A stretch of 63,751 nt of DNA, counting the filler, from Pelomyxa schiedti (taxonomy: Eukaryota > Protista > Evosea): the NCBI GenBank assembly GCA_020536535.1. It is 6 parts of 6 records of this genome, joined end to end, with 100 filler letters (N's around TTAATTAATTAA, not from the genome) between each part and the next. Parts side by side here need not be neighbours in the genome. Positions count along the whole stretch, not along the records: positions 1 to 17,053 come from JAHLWZ010000243.1; 5 more parts are not named here. One strand, 5' to 3'. Positions within the stretch are counted from its first letter, which is position 1. Each line of letters starts with the position of its first letter. Position numbers and translations under genes: made by a program. The notes beneath the pieces are model-generated. The model did not search any database, was not told the origin of the DNA, and was given only the letters and a program-made list of their open reading frames with translations. This document shows positions 1 through 13,689 of this stretch, in pieces.

Positions 1-2935
1 TTCTCGTTATTTCTGGATGATGGGATCGAACTTTCGTTGACAATCGATTCTTGTAGGTTGTACTTGTGGTTGCTCCATGCAGCATTGTGTGGGCCACGTC
101 GTATGAAAAGGCTGATGAGAGCATAAGCACTGTTTCGCAGAGCCTCGTGGACTCACTGTCAAAAAACACTCACGACATCGTGAGCGGTATAATATCAGAG
201 GTGGAAACTTTCTTGGCGTCTGAGGTTGCCATCCGTACTTTTTTTTTTCCCCATCCTTTTTCTTTGCTTTTGGGTTGTGCTTACAATAGAATTTATTAGG
301 TGGAGTGGCTCAAATACCGCGATATTGATATGAATTCGTACTCTGAGTGGGTAAATGTCCTCAGGCCGCGATACACCCACTTTGCTACCAAGATATTGGG
401 GTGTGCAGACTTTGGTACATATATGAAGTCTAACTTCCATTTGCTTGCAGGAATGGAGCGCTTTCACTAAGGTCTCCAAACTTGACAATGATATGTTACC
501 CATACAACACCAGCATGACAACGGTGCGCTTGTGGTTTTTCCTCCCATTTCCGTCTCACCAATTGCTCTTGCTTTTTCACAGCCCGTTTGTGCGCGCAAG
601 ACACACCCAACTGACAGTCTCAACTTCTATGCTGTTGATCCTTACACCAATGTGGAAGGTGCTCTCGTTTCGCCACCTTCCACTGCCGTCTATTCTTCAT
701 ATGGAAGGCTCTATGCNNNNNNNNNNNNNNNNNNNNNNNNNNNNNNNNNNNNNNNNNNNNNNNNNNNNNNNNNNNNNNNNNNNNNNNNNNNNNNNNNNNN
801 NNNNNNNNNNNNNNNNGCAAGACACACCCAACTGACAGTCTCAACTTCTATGCTGTTGATCCTTACACCAATGTGGAAGGTGCTCTCGTTTCGCCACCTT
901 CCACTGCCGTCTATTCTTCATATGGAAGGCTCTATGCCGACGATGTTTACGCCAGCATGATTGCGGGAAAAATGAACTGGGGAAAGGTTCTTCACTTATT
1001 CGCACCTTTCTTTTTATTCTCACTCATACTTTCAGATTGTAACTCCACAGAAACCGCGGGTTACCATCGCATGTTATAACCCATGTATGCATATGAAATT
1101 CCTACAAACAATTTTGAATGAACACAGATATGAGTGCCAGTGGGAAACTCCTTGGGGTAATCCAGCGGTCTTATTCCGTGAGAGGGCTGTCTGACAGTTT
1201 ACGTGAAGTACGCATCTTCCCATGATTGTAATTTACATGTGACTCGTAAACAGATTGCGGCAGGAAAGAATGTAATTTACGTTACCACACAAGATGGCTT
1301 CCTACTTGGTACATCCAATGGAAGTGTTGTCACTGTTGATGAAAGTAGGTGAGCACAATAGCTCTTTATACTTACGATCCCTTAGATAGCCGTGATCAAC
1401 CGCTTCGGGCTAATTCAAGTGACAACCCAGTTGTTGCTGCAATTGCACGCCAAATAGATTTGCAAGGTGGATGCGGAAACGCCTCAACGGAATTGAACAA
1501 GATCAGATTGGACGTGAATGGCAGCACCTATACGATTGCCATTTCTCGTGTGTTAAACGATTCGTCAATATCTTTTTTTTTTTCGTCTGCAACTCACATC
1601 AACACGAAGATATTCCGGCAGGCCAACGCGTGTGGTGCGGCTTCTCAGCCATTCCAAGCTCTGAGATGACGAAAACCATTGAGGAGGGAAACCGAGTGAG
1701 CATCATTGTATTTGTATGCAGTATCGTCGTCAGCATTGCATTGGCTTTGGTGTTGGCCGTTATGTTGGTCTCCCCATTGAGGCACCTCACAAAAGGTTCT
1801 TTGTCACGCCCCAGTCCACTCTCAGCTCATGCTCTATCAGACATGCAAAACCTTTCGAAACTGAGGTTCAAGCCCGTCGGTAAGACAGTGTCCGTGTTCA
1901 CGGAACTGCATTCGATGCTGAGGGACTACATGGCAATGAAACAAGGAATCCACGCCTTCTCGAGGTGTGTTTCTGTACTTCCTTGATCCTTTTTTTCTGA
2001 ATCCTCATCCCTGCCTTTACAGATATGTGTCAGCCGGTGTTGTGAGACAATTGCTTGATGGGAATGACAAGATGTCATCACTCTATCTCGAGAGGCACAA
2101 CGTAACGGTGCGATTCTATCCCTCTTTTGTACTTTGTGTTCCTGTCATTACTCAACGACATACAGGTTGTATTCATGGATATTGTTGGATTCACCAGCCT
2201 GTGTGAGGTGCGTTTCTCCCCCTTAATTCTGGCAGATACTGACCAAACGATCACACACAGAAATTGACACCGAGCACACTTGTGACACTGATGAGTGTGT
2301 TCATGCAGAGGATGTGCCAGGTTCTCATCGCCGAGGGTGCCACTGTTGACAAGTTCATTGGTGTAAGTACTTTCATGCCCTGGCTGGCCGTTTAATCTCA
2401 CACAACACACAGGATTGCATCATGTCATTCTGGAACCATCCGCAGGCTTGCGAAGATCACACATTCAGGGCCGTCCAAGCTGTCATCAAGTGTTTTGAGG
2501 AATTGAAGAAGATGAACGCTGAAAACCAAATCCACGTGCGTTTCCCACAAAAAAAAAACCACAAAAAACACCCCTGAACACAAACAATAGGGTCTCCCGG
2601 AACTGCAATTCCGCGCCGGAGTGAACACAGGAAGAGTTCTTGTTGGTAACTTCGGATCCCCTGAGAGGTTTGATTACACCGTCCTTGGCGACGCTGTCAA
2701 CGTTGCCGGTGTGCTTCTTTCTCACCAACAATAACATATACTTTAAACCATACATCGCATTGACGCACTGACAGCGAGACTGGAGCAGCTGAACCGCGAG
2801 CTCGGAACCAAGCTCCTCGTATCAGAGAGCGTGCAGAGGGCCGTTGTGGGCAGGGTCCCATTGGAACCCAAGGGTGAAGTCACAATCAGGGGCAGGGAGG
2901 CCAAGCTGGAGGTGTTTGAAGTAACAATACCTTGA
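1..2935 (+). CDS. Membrane-bound class III adenylate cyclase (TM - Cache-like extracellular domain - TM - HAMP-like - cyclase), copy 1, 5' end outside window, multi-exon
   Basis: Spliced motifs [67 protein letters not shown]; TM segment [26 protein letters not shown] followed by HAMP-like [15 protein letters not shown]; GT-AG introns; stop at 2933-2935. Confidence 0.9.
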
Positions 2936-3263
2936 GGGAGTAGGCACATGTGTGCCTACAGACAGAGGAGTAAAGAGTATCATTAAGCATGTAAATAAAA
3001 AAAAAATTCAACATCGATGACTTTCCCCCAGTCCAGATAGCCCGGGGTCGCCAGGTTTTCAGACAACCCCGAAAAGGGATTTCGACGTATTGAGTCCCTG
3101 AATAATCACGAAAGACAAAGGCGTTTTCCGCGCATTCGACTCTAAGATCATCAACTTTACGTAGCGTTGAAGCCCAACGAAAAGAGAGATACGTTCAACC
3201 TAAAACCCAGCACCTAAACCACAAAAAAACAAACAGCACACAAGCAAAGCAAGTAATAACTAA

Positions 3264-6200
3264 ATGCCAAACAACAAAGTTGAGCCCAGCAATGGTCCTG
3301 TCTACGGGGATAACAGCGCCGAAGAGGAGGGTGAAGTTGAATATGACACTGAGCAACCGGCCCAACCACCACGCACTGAATCCACAGCGACCACCACAAC
3401 GACCACCAACAGCAGCCAGTGTATGACCGTGATGAAGATACCCGACAGCGTCTTCGCCGCGCAGATGGTCGACGAGTACAGGCAGGAGCTGGTCGAGGAC
3501 TTGGCAAGCATGAAACAGGCAAAGGCAATCACCAAGAAGGGTTCCAAAAAGAGCCGGGGAACCTTGTTGGGTGCTTATGACAAGTTGTGCCCAGCGCGCA
3601 TCACGGTGCCTTTTTCGTTGATTCTGATGATAGCTTCCGTATGCGTGACCGTTTGATTTCGTTTTATCAACTGATCAAACCGTTCCTACTTCCACATAGG
3701 TGATATTTGTAGTGGTACCGTGTAGTATCGTGTGGGCTACATCATACCAGAAGGCACAGTCGAGTGTTGGCACTGTATCTAATAGTTTGGTGGAGTCTCT
3801 CTCGAAAAATGTCCACGATATTGTTGCTGGAATGATTTCCGAAGTCGACGTGTTTCTATCTGCCGAGGTTCATAGTACCCAGTTATTGGGTTCCACTTAC
3901 GGTATTCAAAAAGATTGAGTGGCTAAAATACAGAGAAATTGACATGAACTCATATCCTCAATGGGAAGCCATTCTAAGGCCAAGATATGCTCACCTGGCC
4001 CAATCGTCATTGGCGTATAAGACCATTACCTAGATTTCTTTGTTTGATACCTTTTTAGGGGTGGCGCAATTTACCTGCGGTCTCCAAATGTCACTTTGGT
4101 TTGCTACACTTATAATATCACCTATGTAGTCTTCTTTCCTTTTTTTTGTATCCTCCTTTCTCTGACACCATATAAAAAGCCTGTCTGTGCTCGGAAAAAA
4201 AACGCCTCTGACGCACTCAATTTCTATTATGTTGATCCATTCACAAATGAGGAAGGGGGATTAGTATATGGAGCACTTTCAACCGTTAAGTACAACTCAT
4301 ATGGAAAGTTATATGCCGATGACGTCTGGAATAGCATGGTGGCTGGAAAGCCAGACTGGGGAAAGGTACGGAAAGGAATTTTTTGTTTTTGTTTTTGTTG
4401 TTAATGCTGTACTAGGTGGTTACAGCACTAATGCCTGCAGTTGCAATGGCTTCTTATTACCCATGTTCGGCACCCTATTTTTTTACCCACAGTTAAACCC
4501 AAGTGCAGATATGAGCCCAAGTGGGACTCTTTTGGGGGTGGTCCAGCGGTCTTATTCTGTGAGAGGGCTGTCTGACAGTTTACGTGAAGTGCGTATTCCC
4601 AGTTGTTAATTATTCTTTTCCAAGTCGTGAACAGATTGCCTCCGGCAAGAATGTGATTTACGTTACCACACAAGACGGATTCCTCCTTGGAACATCCAAC
4701 GGAAGTGTTGTCACTGTCGATTCATGTATGAGTGCCTACTATGTCTCATGAACTTACTCCACTGTAACAGCCGGTTACGATCAACCGGTACGTGCCAATT
4801 CAAGTGACAACCCAGTTGTTGCTGCAATTGCGCGCCAAATAGATTTCCAAGGTGGATGCGGAAACGCCTCAACTGAGATGAAAAATATTCGAATCGACGT
4901 GAATGGCAGCACCTATACGATTGCCATTGCTCGTGTGTTTACCTTCCCAATTTATTTCTAAATACCGCTCACTCACTACGGACAGATATTCCAGCAGGAC
5001 AACGAATATGGTGCGGCTTCTCAGCCATTCCAAGCTCTGAGATGATGAAAACCATTGAGGATGGAACTAGAGATAGCATAATTGTGTTCGTGTGCAGTAT
5101 CGTAATCAGCATTGCATTGGCGTTGGTTTTGGCAATCCTTTTAGTGTCACCATTGAGGCACCTCACAAAAGGTTCTTTGTCACCCACTCCACTCCACTCT
5201 CAGCTCATGCTCTGTCAGACATGCAAAACCTTTCGAAACTGAGGTTCAAGCCCGTCGGTAAGACAGTGTCCGTGTTCACGGAACTGCATTCGATGCTGAG
5301 GGACTACATGGCAATGAAACAAGGAATCCACGCCTTCTCGAGGTGAATTTTGTACTTATGAACCTTCCTTCTCCTAACTTCCCCAACTCGATGTACTCAG
5401 GTATGTGTCAGCCGGCGTTGTGAGACAATTGCTTGATGGGAATGACAAGATGTCATCACTCTATCTCGAGAGGCACAACGTGACGGTGCGAACAACCTTT
5501 TGTCTTTTGTCTCAAAAACCAATTACGCACACCCAGGTTGTATTCATGGATATTGTTGGATTCACCAGCCTGTGTGAGGTGAGTTTCTCCTCCGTCGTTC
5601 TGAATGCTACTGACCAAGCGATCACACACAGAAATTGGCACCGAGCACACTTGTGACACTGATGAGCGTGTTCATGCAGAGGATGTGCCAGGTTCTCATC
5701 GCTGAGGGTGCCACTGTTGACAAGTTCATTGGTGTAAGTAATTTTATGCTCCGTGGCTGGCCGGTCAATCTCACAACACACACACAGGATTGCATCATGT
5801 CATTCTGGAACCACCCGCACCCCTGTGAAGACCACGCCTTCAGGGCCGTTCAAGCTGTCATCAAGTGCTTTGAAGAACTGGACAAAATGAACCAAGAAAA
5901 TGTCCAAAAGGTTAGTTTGCATCCTATTATGAATCAAATAGCCAAACTCACAACAAAAGGGTCTCCCGGAACTGCATTTTCGAGCCGGAGTGAACACAGG
6001 AAGAGTTCTTGTTGGTAACTTCGGATCCCCTGAGAGATTTGATTACACCGTCCTTGGTGATCCAGTCAACGTTGCCGGTGTGTTTTTATTTCTATGGTTC
6101 CCTAAGACCCTCTTTCATTTCTCTTCTTCTATTCATATAAGAAGCACTCACACACATTTTCATCACCAAATTTGCTTACGTACCGTCACTTCTTTCCGTT

Positions 6201-6390
6201 TGCTTACATCAAAACACAAACAACAGCGAGACTAGAGCAACTGAATCGTGAGCTCGGAACCAAGTTGCTTGTATCAGAGAGCGTGCAGAGGGCCGTTGTT
6301 GGCAGGGTCCCAATGCAGACAATGGGAGAAGTCAAAATCAAAGGCAGAGAGGCCAAAATGGAGGTGTTTTCTGTAACGGTGGAGCACTGA
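3264..6390 (+). CDS. Membrane-bound class III adenylate cyclase, copy 2 (tandem paralog), multi-exon
   Basis: Same exon structure and motifs as copy 1 ([31 protein letters not shown]); N-terminal cytosolic tail and TM1 (ITVPFSLILMIASV); TM2 near 5080-5150. Confidence 0.9.
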
Positions 6391-6631
6391 TGACTTCTAA
6401 ACGGCAGAAGCGGCACCAGTCAAAGAGGGGCAGAGAATCTGAGTTCCGGATAAATCAATCAAAGTTTGTTTTTTTTCTGGCACTTCACGTGGATCTGAAC
6501 CACGTTTTTACCATAACGGTGCTTTATGTAAGTATCGTTCTTTGCGGAAACAGGACTGAACCTCAATCACAAGAAACCCAAAACACACACAACCAGTTTT
6601 GTGTGACGGTATCACCAACGCCAACCTCACA

Positions 6632-9600
6632 ATGGATAAAAGTGCAGGCACCACAGCATCACACGATAGCAGGTTGTCAACACACACATCATCTCAACAC
6701 AATACCAATAATCACAAGGCTAACATACACGCATACAGGATTATAGAGGTGAAGAGAGGTAATGGAAGAGGCGGAGGGGGGAAAGTGAGTCGGAAATGGA
6801 GCAGAAGTAGTACAAGATGTAGGGACGCGGTAGGGGGCACGCGTGGGAGAACCGTCGTGATGTCGGTCACGCTCGTGATCGTGACCGCGTTGTGCGTGTG
6901 GCTGGTGTGGTTCGCCGAATCGCGCCATTTCGTGAACCAGCTGACTGGCGTGGCTATGAATGACAAGTCAAACGGTCCGTGAGTGGTTGTGATTGCTATT
7001 GTGATTGTGTTTGGGGTTGTGGGAGTGGGAGTGGGTTGATGTGGGTGTTTGTTTGTTTAAGGGGTTGGCCATGTTGCGTTTTTTTGGTTTTTACTTATTT
7101 TGTTTTGGTTTTTCTTATCCTAACATAGTGGTAATCGAAAGAATTGGGAAATATGTGTCGGTGCGCAGCTACTGCTTCTTTTTTTTTTACCTTTAACTAT
7201 CTTATACTGTGTAAGACCGCACCCGCGGCAATTGAATACCTGTCTATGGAAATGCAGTTTAACTCACATGCTATGTCGACTGACGTGTGGTCTATAATAG
7301 CAAGTTACAACTTCCACGTGAGTTTTGATTGAAACTATTTCTGCTCAGGCATCTTAGATAAACAACTCCCAACTCAAAGTTCTTGTTGTAATTCCAAATA
7401 ATGCTTCAAATTGGGACCCATTACAAGATTCAATGACCTCTGAAGCGGATGTTGTAGGCGCAATTCAAGTACCCAAGATATCTACTTATCATACTCAGAT
7501 ATTTGTTGGCATTCTGACGAACCCTGATTTCACAGTTATTGTGGCAATGAAAGATGGTCTCAACGGTGGAGGGTTGATGTGCATTTCCTATATCACCTCT
7601 CAGTCAAGTTCTGTGCTAACTTACATTGACTGTGGCGACTATCTAGTCAACTGGTCAGTTATAACTGCCCCACCACTCGATAACGGTGGATATCTATTCA
7701 CAGACCCAACAAGGATGACCTTTATGTAAAAAAATCGCTCCCTAAATCCTGTTAAAAAATGAGCAGGGGTTCCCCATGGTTCATGTTTTTTGCTAGTAAA
7801 GTGCGTAGTATTTCCGTCCGCATCCGTATTCATTTCACATCAGATTATATATGACTCTGACCATACTCCAATTGCGTATCTTTTCTGTGGTGTCGACGTA
7901 ATTACGGTACCTTTTTTTGTTTGTTTTATTTGATTTTAATGGCCCGTTTCCAGCTGACGGACTACTTGGCAGAAATAGAAATTCCCGAAAATGGGTTTGG
8001 TTACCTCTTGGATTCCCAAAACAAACTTCTAGCCACCCTTGGACACGCGTCTGTCAATCAATCTGAGCTTGGGTAGAATTCCCTTTCCACGCTTGTGTCC
8101 ATCTGCATCACACTTACCCGGAAATAGAGTGGTCTCTCCAGAGAATTGCTCAAATCCTCGCATTTCCCACAGCTATCAACTAATAAGAAGCAAGATCAAC
8201 TTTAACGATATGCTTCTCAGTCAATCTGAGCACATTACATATAAAGATAGCACTGGGGACAACTTCTTGTATGCGACGTCTTTTAAAAGTATGGCACTCA
8301 CGTTTCCTCTCTTTTTTTATCAGGAAAGGTTACCTAACTTAGAGCCTTCTGATTTTTGTTAAGTGGAAAAATAGTGCTAAGATACCTTCCATCCCCGGAA
8401 AGTAATGTGACATGGACAATTATAATTTCGTTGTCAACCAAGTACTGTGTTGCCCGAATTGTATAAAACAACCAACAGTTGCATCAGTGACTTTACGAAG
8501 ACAGAAAAACTCAGTAATGTTATATCTTTTGCTATTTCTGCCAGTATTGTCATGCTTCTGGTTGTTGTTGGGTTTGTCAACTATGTATCAAATTTTCCCT
8601 TACAATGACAATTCAATCTTACAGGGTTGCGTCGTCATTTAAAATTTCGAAAAAGAATGTGATTAGTCCAGAACCAAAAATAGACTTGGATGCAGGAATA
8701 ATCAAGGTTTGGATACTTTTTGTACTAGACAACCCAAAACTCATCAAGTTCGAAAGGTGATTGACAAACTGCATCAACTTCAAGAGCAGAGTTCCTCAAA
8801 AACCAGGGACACACTGGACGAGATTATATTGCAGCTTACACAAACTAAAGGACTTTTTTCGCCCGAACTGCGCAAGCAAACCGCATATCTTGATGCTGAC
8901 ATACAGCAGTGGTGGGGTTTATCTCTAATTTGCAGTTGAGTCTCATGACTACTCAGGCTAAATGATGAAATAGCACCTACCCAAGAATTTTCTCCCCGTA
9001 CTGTTCAGCTGAGACAGCCGACCCCCTTGGACGCAGGTGAAATTATATCCATATCTGTGGAAGCTTTAGACCCACGTTCCCATCTTGGGGACTTCAACTT
9101 TAATGTTTCCTCACTTCGCAAAATACTATCCTCTCAACCGCACTCATGAAGATATTTGACTTGCCTTCAGACAGAATATTGGAAAGAATAGCTATGCAGG
9201 TACTCAATTGTTTTCTTTCTCGTTTCCACCAATATCAACCAAAGGTACTAAACGAGTTGGATGTGCTTACAGTACTCTCTATTCCTGTGAAATCCATGCA
9301 GAGCTTCATTCGAGAGATTGAGTCCCTGTACAAGGTAAATAATTTCTTTAGCCCCCCCAACTTACATATTTCTTTCCAGCCCAATGCATATCATAACAAG
9401 TACTTCACTTTCGAGGCAATAACTGACTTAGAACAAATTCTCCCATTAATCATAGTGTCCATGCAGCCGACGTTGTACAGTGCCTCTATTTTTTCTTGGT
9501 GAATGGGCTGCGAGATCTTATTGGCCCCTCTAACCCGTTGACTATTCTGGCACTCATACTTGCCGGAGTCGTGCATGATGTGGGACATCCAGGAGTGAAT

Positions 9601-10522
9601 AATGTGCTTGCTTTTTGTGTGCGTTTTTTTTTTGACCGTTTCTAGGCGTTTCTGATTGCATCTAAAGATCGGCTTGCCATAAGATACAATGGTACGTGCT
9701 TGACCACCCCTTGCCCTTTAAACGTAACTGCGGCCTACAGATAGAAGTGTTCTTGAAAATTTTCACTCAAGTGTGGCATTAAGAATGATCCTCTTGAAAT
9801 ATGCCGCTGAGTGGAAATTATCCGAGACCGATACCAAATTTTGTGTGTATAAGGTTCCAATGAGCGTTAAACTTATTCCCTTCACAGTGCGCTCGCTCCT
9901 AATCGGTCTTGTATTATCCACGGATATGGCTCAACACTTTGAGATCATCTCCAAGTTTAAGGTTTGCACACTTACTACTTTTTGCACTGAAAACCAGAAA
10001 AAGGCTCTTCTAGGCAGTCCCAACTTTAACCTGAACGAGAATGATAACCTCACACACTTCCTGTGCCTTGCAATTAAAACTGCGGATATTTCCAATGTAC
10101 TTTCCGTCACTTCATTTTATATTACCAAACACAAAAATACTAACACCGCCAAAAAGGTGATGCGGCCACATGCACAAATGCTACGGTGGGTGTCACAGCT
10201 CACACAAGAATTCTTCTCACAAGGAGACCGCGAGAGGGACCTCCACCTTCCGGTCAGCCCATTCACAGACCGGTCCGATGGGATCACCAAGCTCAGCAAG
10301 CTGCAGACCAACTTCATAGAGCTAGTAGCGGAGCCACTTGTTGCTACCCTCCACAAGGTTCTGCCAGTACCTCTTCTCACAGAAAACATGGCCAAGAATT
10401 CCTCATACTGGTCATCCAACCCCGTTCACCACATTGACACATCCAACAACACACTGGAACCTGGACCAGCCTCTTCCCCTATCACGATTCCACCCTCAGC
10501 ATCAGCACCTTGCAATCATTGA
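6632..10522 (+). CDS. Class I 3',5'-cyclic nucleotide phosphodiesterase with two TM segments flanking a Cache-like extracellular domain, multi-exon
   Basis: PNAYHN, HAADVVQ, HDVGHPGVNN, SVLENFH, LSTDMAQHF, KTADISN, EFFSQGDRE, QTNFI; TM1 VVMSVTLVIVTALCVWLVWF; Cache-like LTDYLAEIEIPENGFGYLLDSQNKLLA; TM2 near 8520-8580. Confidence 0.88.
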
Positions 10523-10606
10523 CATAGGAGGACTTTTTGTGAATAGTTTCCACTACGTACATAGGGAAACACCCACACAGAGAATAAAAACATGGTTTGG
10601 TTGTTA

Positions 10607-12705
10607 TTATTCGTTGACTGGACAATTGTTATTTCTGGTGTGGGGGAAGGTATTGTGTGGTCTCTGGTATACCTGGCAATATCCACTGTGGGAGTAGTAG
10701 ATAGGTTGTTGGGGGTAGTACTGTGGGACTTGTTGCTGCTGTTGTAGTTGGAGGTGCTGTTGCCAGGTATAAGCACCGCTGTTGCAGGGCGGTGGCTGCG
10801 TTTGGTTGTAGCAGTAGTATATGTTGTGGTGGGGGTTAATTGTGTTATTGTGGTGTTGTTGGTAGTAGACCCGGCCTTGGTTTCTTTTGTTTGGGTTGTA
10901 GTAGTTCTGCTGCACGGGGGTGGTAGGGTGAGGCTCCGCGGCCTCAGTTTCGGATGATTCCGGCATGGCTGAGGAGTGTGGCGGAGATAACGGGTCATAA
11001 AGCACGTGGGTTCCAAGTGTCTTGGGAAACGTTAGAAGTAGGGATTGTAATACAGGGGAAAAACTGTACTGGAGGGGCGGATGGTGGGAAGCCAAGTGCT
11101 TTGTCATATGGCACCCACCAAGCACGATCTATGTCCTCAAATTTAACGGTGGGCGATTGCAAAACATTTGTACTGTAAGTAGGTTAAAGGGTGCACAGGG
11201 GAAAGTAAAAGCTCACCCAGATTCGTTATACGTTACTCGTGGGAGAATGGAGTCAGCGAAATGGTGCTGCTTCTCCCCGTTACTAGAGTTGCCGGTTTGC
11301 GTGAAGGTTTGCGAATTTGCAGGTATAAGAGCGTGCAAGTAGCTGCAGCTGCAGGGAGGGCATGGCGAAGATGTGAGGTGTGCTTGAACAAAATGGCGGC
11401 AATATTTAGTTGTGCCAAATGCTGCTCTGTGTTAGGATAAGAATACAGTAATAGTGGGGTGAAGTTTTGTAGGTACTTACCGAAGCAACTTTCCGCCAAG
11501 CCAAGAGCCATCAACTGACTGAGTAATGTTAGAAAAGTACAGAAACGAAGTTGTAATACCCTTATGCATTCCTGTGCTTCTGCTTCGTTTAAAAACGATA
11601 TGAAGCACTTGCAGGTGTTGAAGGCTGGTGCTAGTGATGGCAAGGATGCAGTGGATGAGGCAGATTTCATATCTATCACGAGCTTGAGGATTGTCCCATA
11701 CTGGCCGAAATATTCCGTTTTTTTCAGGTGCTGGGCGTACTCTTCAGTTGTCTGGCGCTTTTTAGAAGGGAGGTGTCGTCGAGTAACCTCTTACCGTGGT
11801 AGGTTCGGGACAAGGTACATTCGCTACATATACCAAGTCTTTTTGAATAATTCTTAGGTGCTCCATTTCCAGCTTTTGTGCCATCCATGCCGATGGGTCT
11901 GCCTGCTTTGTGATGGTAAGAGAGATGAGCGGGTTAGGCCACTTTAGTACCAGAAGGAGGTAACCCTCTTGTGCAGGCAGTGGCATAGGCGAAGTAGGGT
12001 GTGACACAGCCGATTGGGGAGAAACAGAGTCACTGTAAATAGGAGAAGGATTTGCCTTCTTCTTCTTTTTCTTATTCTTGGTCTTCCCGTTTCTAGCAGG
12101 CTTAGACAATAACTTAGAGAGGAAAAGAAGGAGTACTTTACTGCTAGAGGTGTATTTGTCCACTGGTATTTTTGTGGCTCATACTGCCCCCGGCAAAGGG
12201 GACAACGGCCGTTCGGATGTTGCTCCTTCATTATTCTTGTCCAGCAGAACATGCACATCTATGTAGTCCCAAAAGCATAAGTAAAGGAAGGGGAAGACAA
12301 AGCAGGAAGGAGAATAGTTTAGATAAGTGTGGTAGGGGGAAAAAAAAAAACGACTTGGGCACAAACAACAACAACAGCAACAGCACAGCACAGGACAGGA
12401 CACGCCTGGTATCCGCAAGGGCAGGGCTTGAACCGGACCTCTATAGAGTCCAATGGTTCCTCGCACAGGGGGCAGCACTTGTCCGACTCCTCGTGTGCCT
12501 GCTGCTGCTGCTGCTGCCCGTGCTGGGCCCCCTCGTGCTCGTGCGATTTGTTCCTGCTGTGCCGCCTCCGCCCCCCGTTCCCAGTCCCAGTCCCATTCCC
12601 GCTGGTGCCTGACGTCGTCGTGTTCCCGCCCCCCACCGCCGCAGCCCCAGCCCCCGTCGTGCTGGTGCTGGTGCTTGTGGCGGTGGTGGTGGTTTGTTGT
12701 CGTGC

Positions 12706-12736
<31 letters not shown>

Positions 12737-13011
12737 GTGGTGGTGGTGGTGTCGCCGCCGCAGCACCCACCACTACCGTCAACTTCCACGTTCGTCGGCA
12801 GCAACGGCGACACGTCGGCTACCACGGGATCTGGCACCGCCGTCGCCGCGGCGCCCTGCGGTGCGCTGCTGCTGGTGTTGGTGCCGCTGGCGACCGCGGC
12901 GGTCACCGCCGGCGATGCGAGTGCTCGTTGCTGCTGCTGGTGGTGTTGGGGCCTGCTGTTGTGCTTGTTGTTGCGCATCATCTCGTCTCCGTTGTTTTTT
13001 TGTCTTTTCAT
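10607..13011 (-). CDS. NOT4: CCR4-NOT subunit 4 (RING C4C4 E3 ligase + RRM), multi-exon; 3' end approximate
   Basis: CPLCEEPLD...FKPCPCGYQ|MCMFCW...GRCPLCR RING; LRIIQKDLVYVANVP and YFGQYG RRM; Q/T-rich low-complexity N-terminus. Confidence 0.85.
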
Positions 13012-13689
13012 GTTTTATCTGGTAGGTTTTTGTTCTGTAGAGCAGGGAGCTGTCCCCAGGGTATCTAGGAGAAACATAAGGTGGTGCTATGTGAGTTTCA
13101 CGCGGGAGAGAACTGGATCCCCAGAGCCCCCAGGTCAATTCTTGTAACTGATGCGATAATGGACCAGCGACACATGCAGGTGAAACACGAATTGAAAGAA
13201 TTCGTCCCGCAAGTTGTGCCTTTTTACTCCGGTCTAGGCGTGCATTCTCAATGACGGCGGGTGGTTCGCTGCTAACACAAATAGAAACCACTAACTGGCC
13301 CTTTTCTCTACTCCTATACAACACTGATTAAATCTATTGTTGCTAATGACTTTCATGGCAGTTTCTTCAAAAGAGATAAATGCAGGCAAGTTCCCGTGTT
13401 CAACATACTTCATCAAAACGGACATCTATGCGATAACATAAACTATTATTCCCTAACCAACACTTGCACACAGGAGGTTCAGTTTGCATACATCGGGAAG
13501 ATGACAATTACATTCCACTTCTTTTCACTGGTTAGCTTCAGGTGCCGCAAACGCGCAACACCGGTGGATTTGCACTCCACTGGGAGGTATGCATTCATTG
13601 TCTTTCAGACACCAATTGTCACTCAACTCATACAGAAAAACCCAATTCCGCATCAACTGTATGACCTGAGGTTGGAACCGCCAATTCCG

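Noticed and set aside
597-936. Exact ~120-bp direct repeats flanking 100-N gaps (also 14367-14706, 18898-19237, 36454-36793, 56771-57110)
   Set aside because: Same length, exact identity and always around a 100-N gap: unmerged contig overlaps from the assembler, not biological repeats
3030-3180. Possible structured RNA or ribozyme between the cyclase genes (also 42780-42860)
   Set aside because: No complete hammerhead core (CUGANGA...GAAA with three stems) or tRNA cloverleaf found by eye
1-10522. Alternative genetic code or mass pseudogenisation to explain fragmented ORFs
   Set aside because: Short GT-AG introns restore the frames wherever I checked, and paralogs share intron positions
12172-13324. 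Multiple long overlapping ORFs with poly-Cys/Val/His (also 15135-16785, 27562-28327, 19343-20123)
   Set aside because: Shadow frames of GC-rich trinucleotide low-complexity coding sequence
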